In this document: piece by piece, positions 43,602 to 44,038 of the stretch
Position numbering within the stretch: position 1 is the first letter of the stretch
Layout of the letters: every line of letters begins with the position of its first letter
NCBI GenBank assembly: GCA_032718475.1
Contig: JAUCBJ010001487.1
Location: 1 to 44,038 of the forward strand
DNA: 44,038 nt
Direction of reading: 5' to 3'
Origin: Nemertoderma westbladi
Taxonomy: Eukaryota > Animalia > Xenacoelomorpha
Translations under genes and position numbers: made by a program
The notes under the pieces: model-generated
The model's database searches: none
The model's input: only the letters and a program-made list of their open reading frames with translations
What the model was told of the DNA's origin: nothing

Positions 43602-44038
43602 GCCCCAATGACGCAGAGGCAGACCAACAACACACCTCTTCCCCTCTACCGATGTCGGAGAGTAAAATACCACGCCATTATAGAATACAGGATAAGTTTG
43701 ATCCAAGCAATGCAATGAAACCTGTAAGTTAGAAAATGCATGGTCCCAATATTTGCAAAATAATTACAAAGTCCTACATTTATTTTGCATGAGATACTAA
43801 CAACCCGTCACTAACCACAACAAACGTACTGTATAGTACAGTAGCCTGTCGTATTCGCCCAAATACGGCAGTATAACTCTGGGTTCAGAGAACGTGTACA
43901 TATTGACAGGCGGCAATCCCCTGATACAGTACCAAGCATGTGTTTGATATAAATATTAGATTTCTACTTCCATACAATTCTCATTGATTCCGCAGGTCAA
44001 TTATAATTAAACAGTCAATTTGATATATTCTTCCGATT

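Overview
Eukaryotic (animal, probably invertebrate) genomic DNA, AT-rich with long poly-G/poly-C runs. The backbone is a + strand EAG-family voltage-gated K+ channel gene of the Elk/Kv12 (KCNH8-like) subfamily. I traced 13 coding exons by hand (11698-40809, 3065 nt). All introns are GT-AG and all splice phases are compatible; the first PAS-domain exons lie left of the window. The intron upstream of the first visible exon holds, on the - strand, an uninterrupted Ty3/Gypsy gag-pol ORF (1671 aa, SCAN-like capsid), a long repeat-rich downstream region and an orphan 680-aa ORF. Other introns hold a 3.7-kb Foldback/Mutator-type palindromic element with a 9-bp TSD, several MITEs (one nested), a CRE-clade non-LTR retrotransposon remnant and five minisatellites. 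Most striking observation: a ~48-copy, 44-bp minisatellite made of the end of a channel exon plus its 5' splice site, giving ~2 kb of tandem AG|GT splice junctions in the intron homologous to hERG/KCNH2 intron 9. A second minisatellite derives from the last codons of the CRE element. Everything was read by eye; no searches or folding programs were run, and exon numbers are window-relative.
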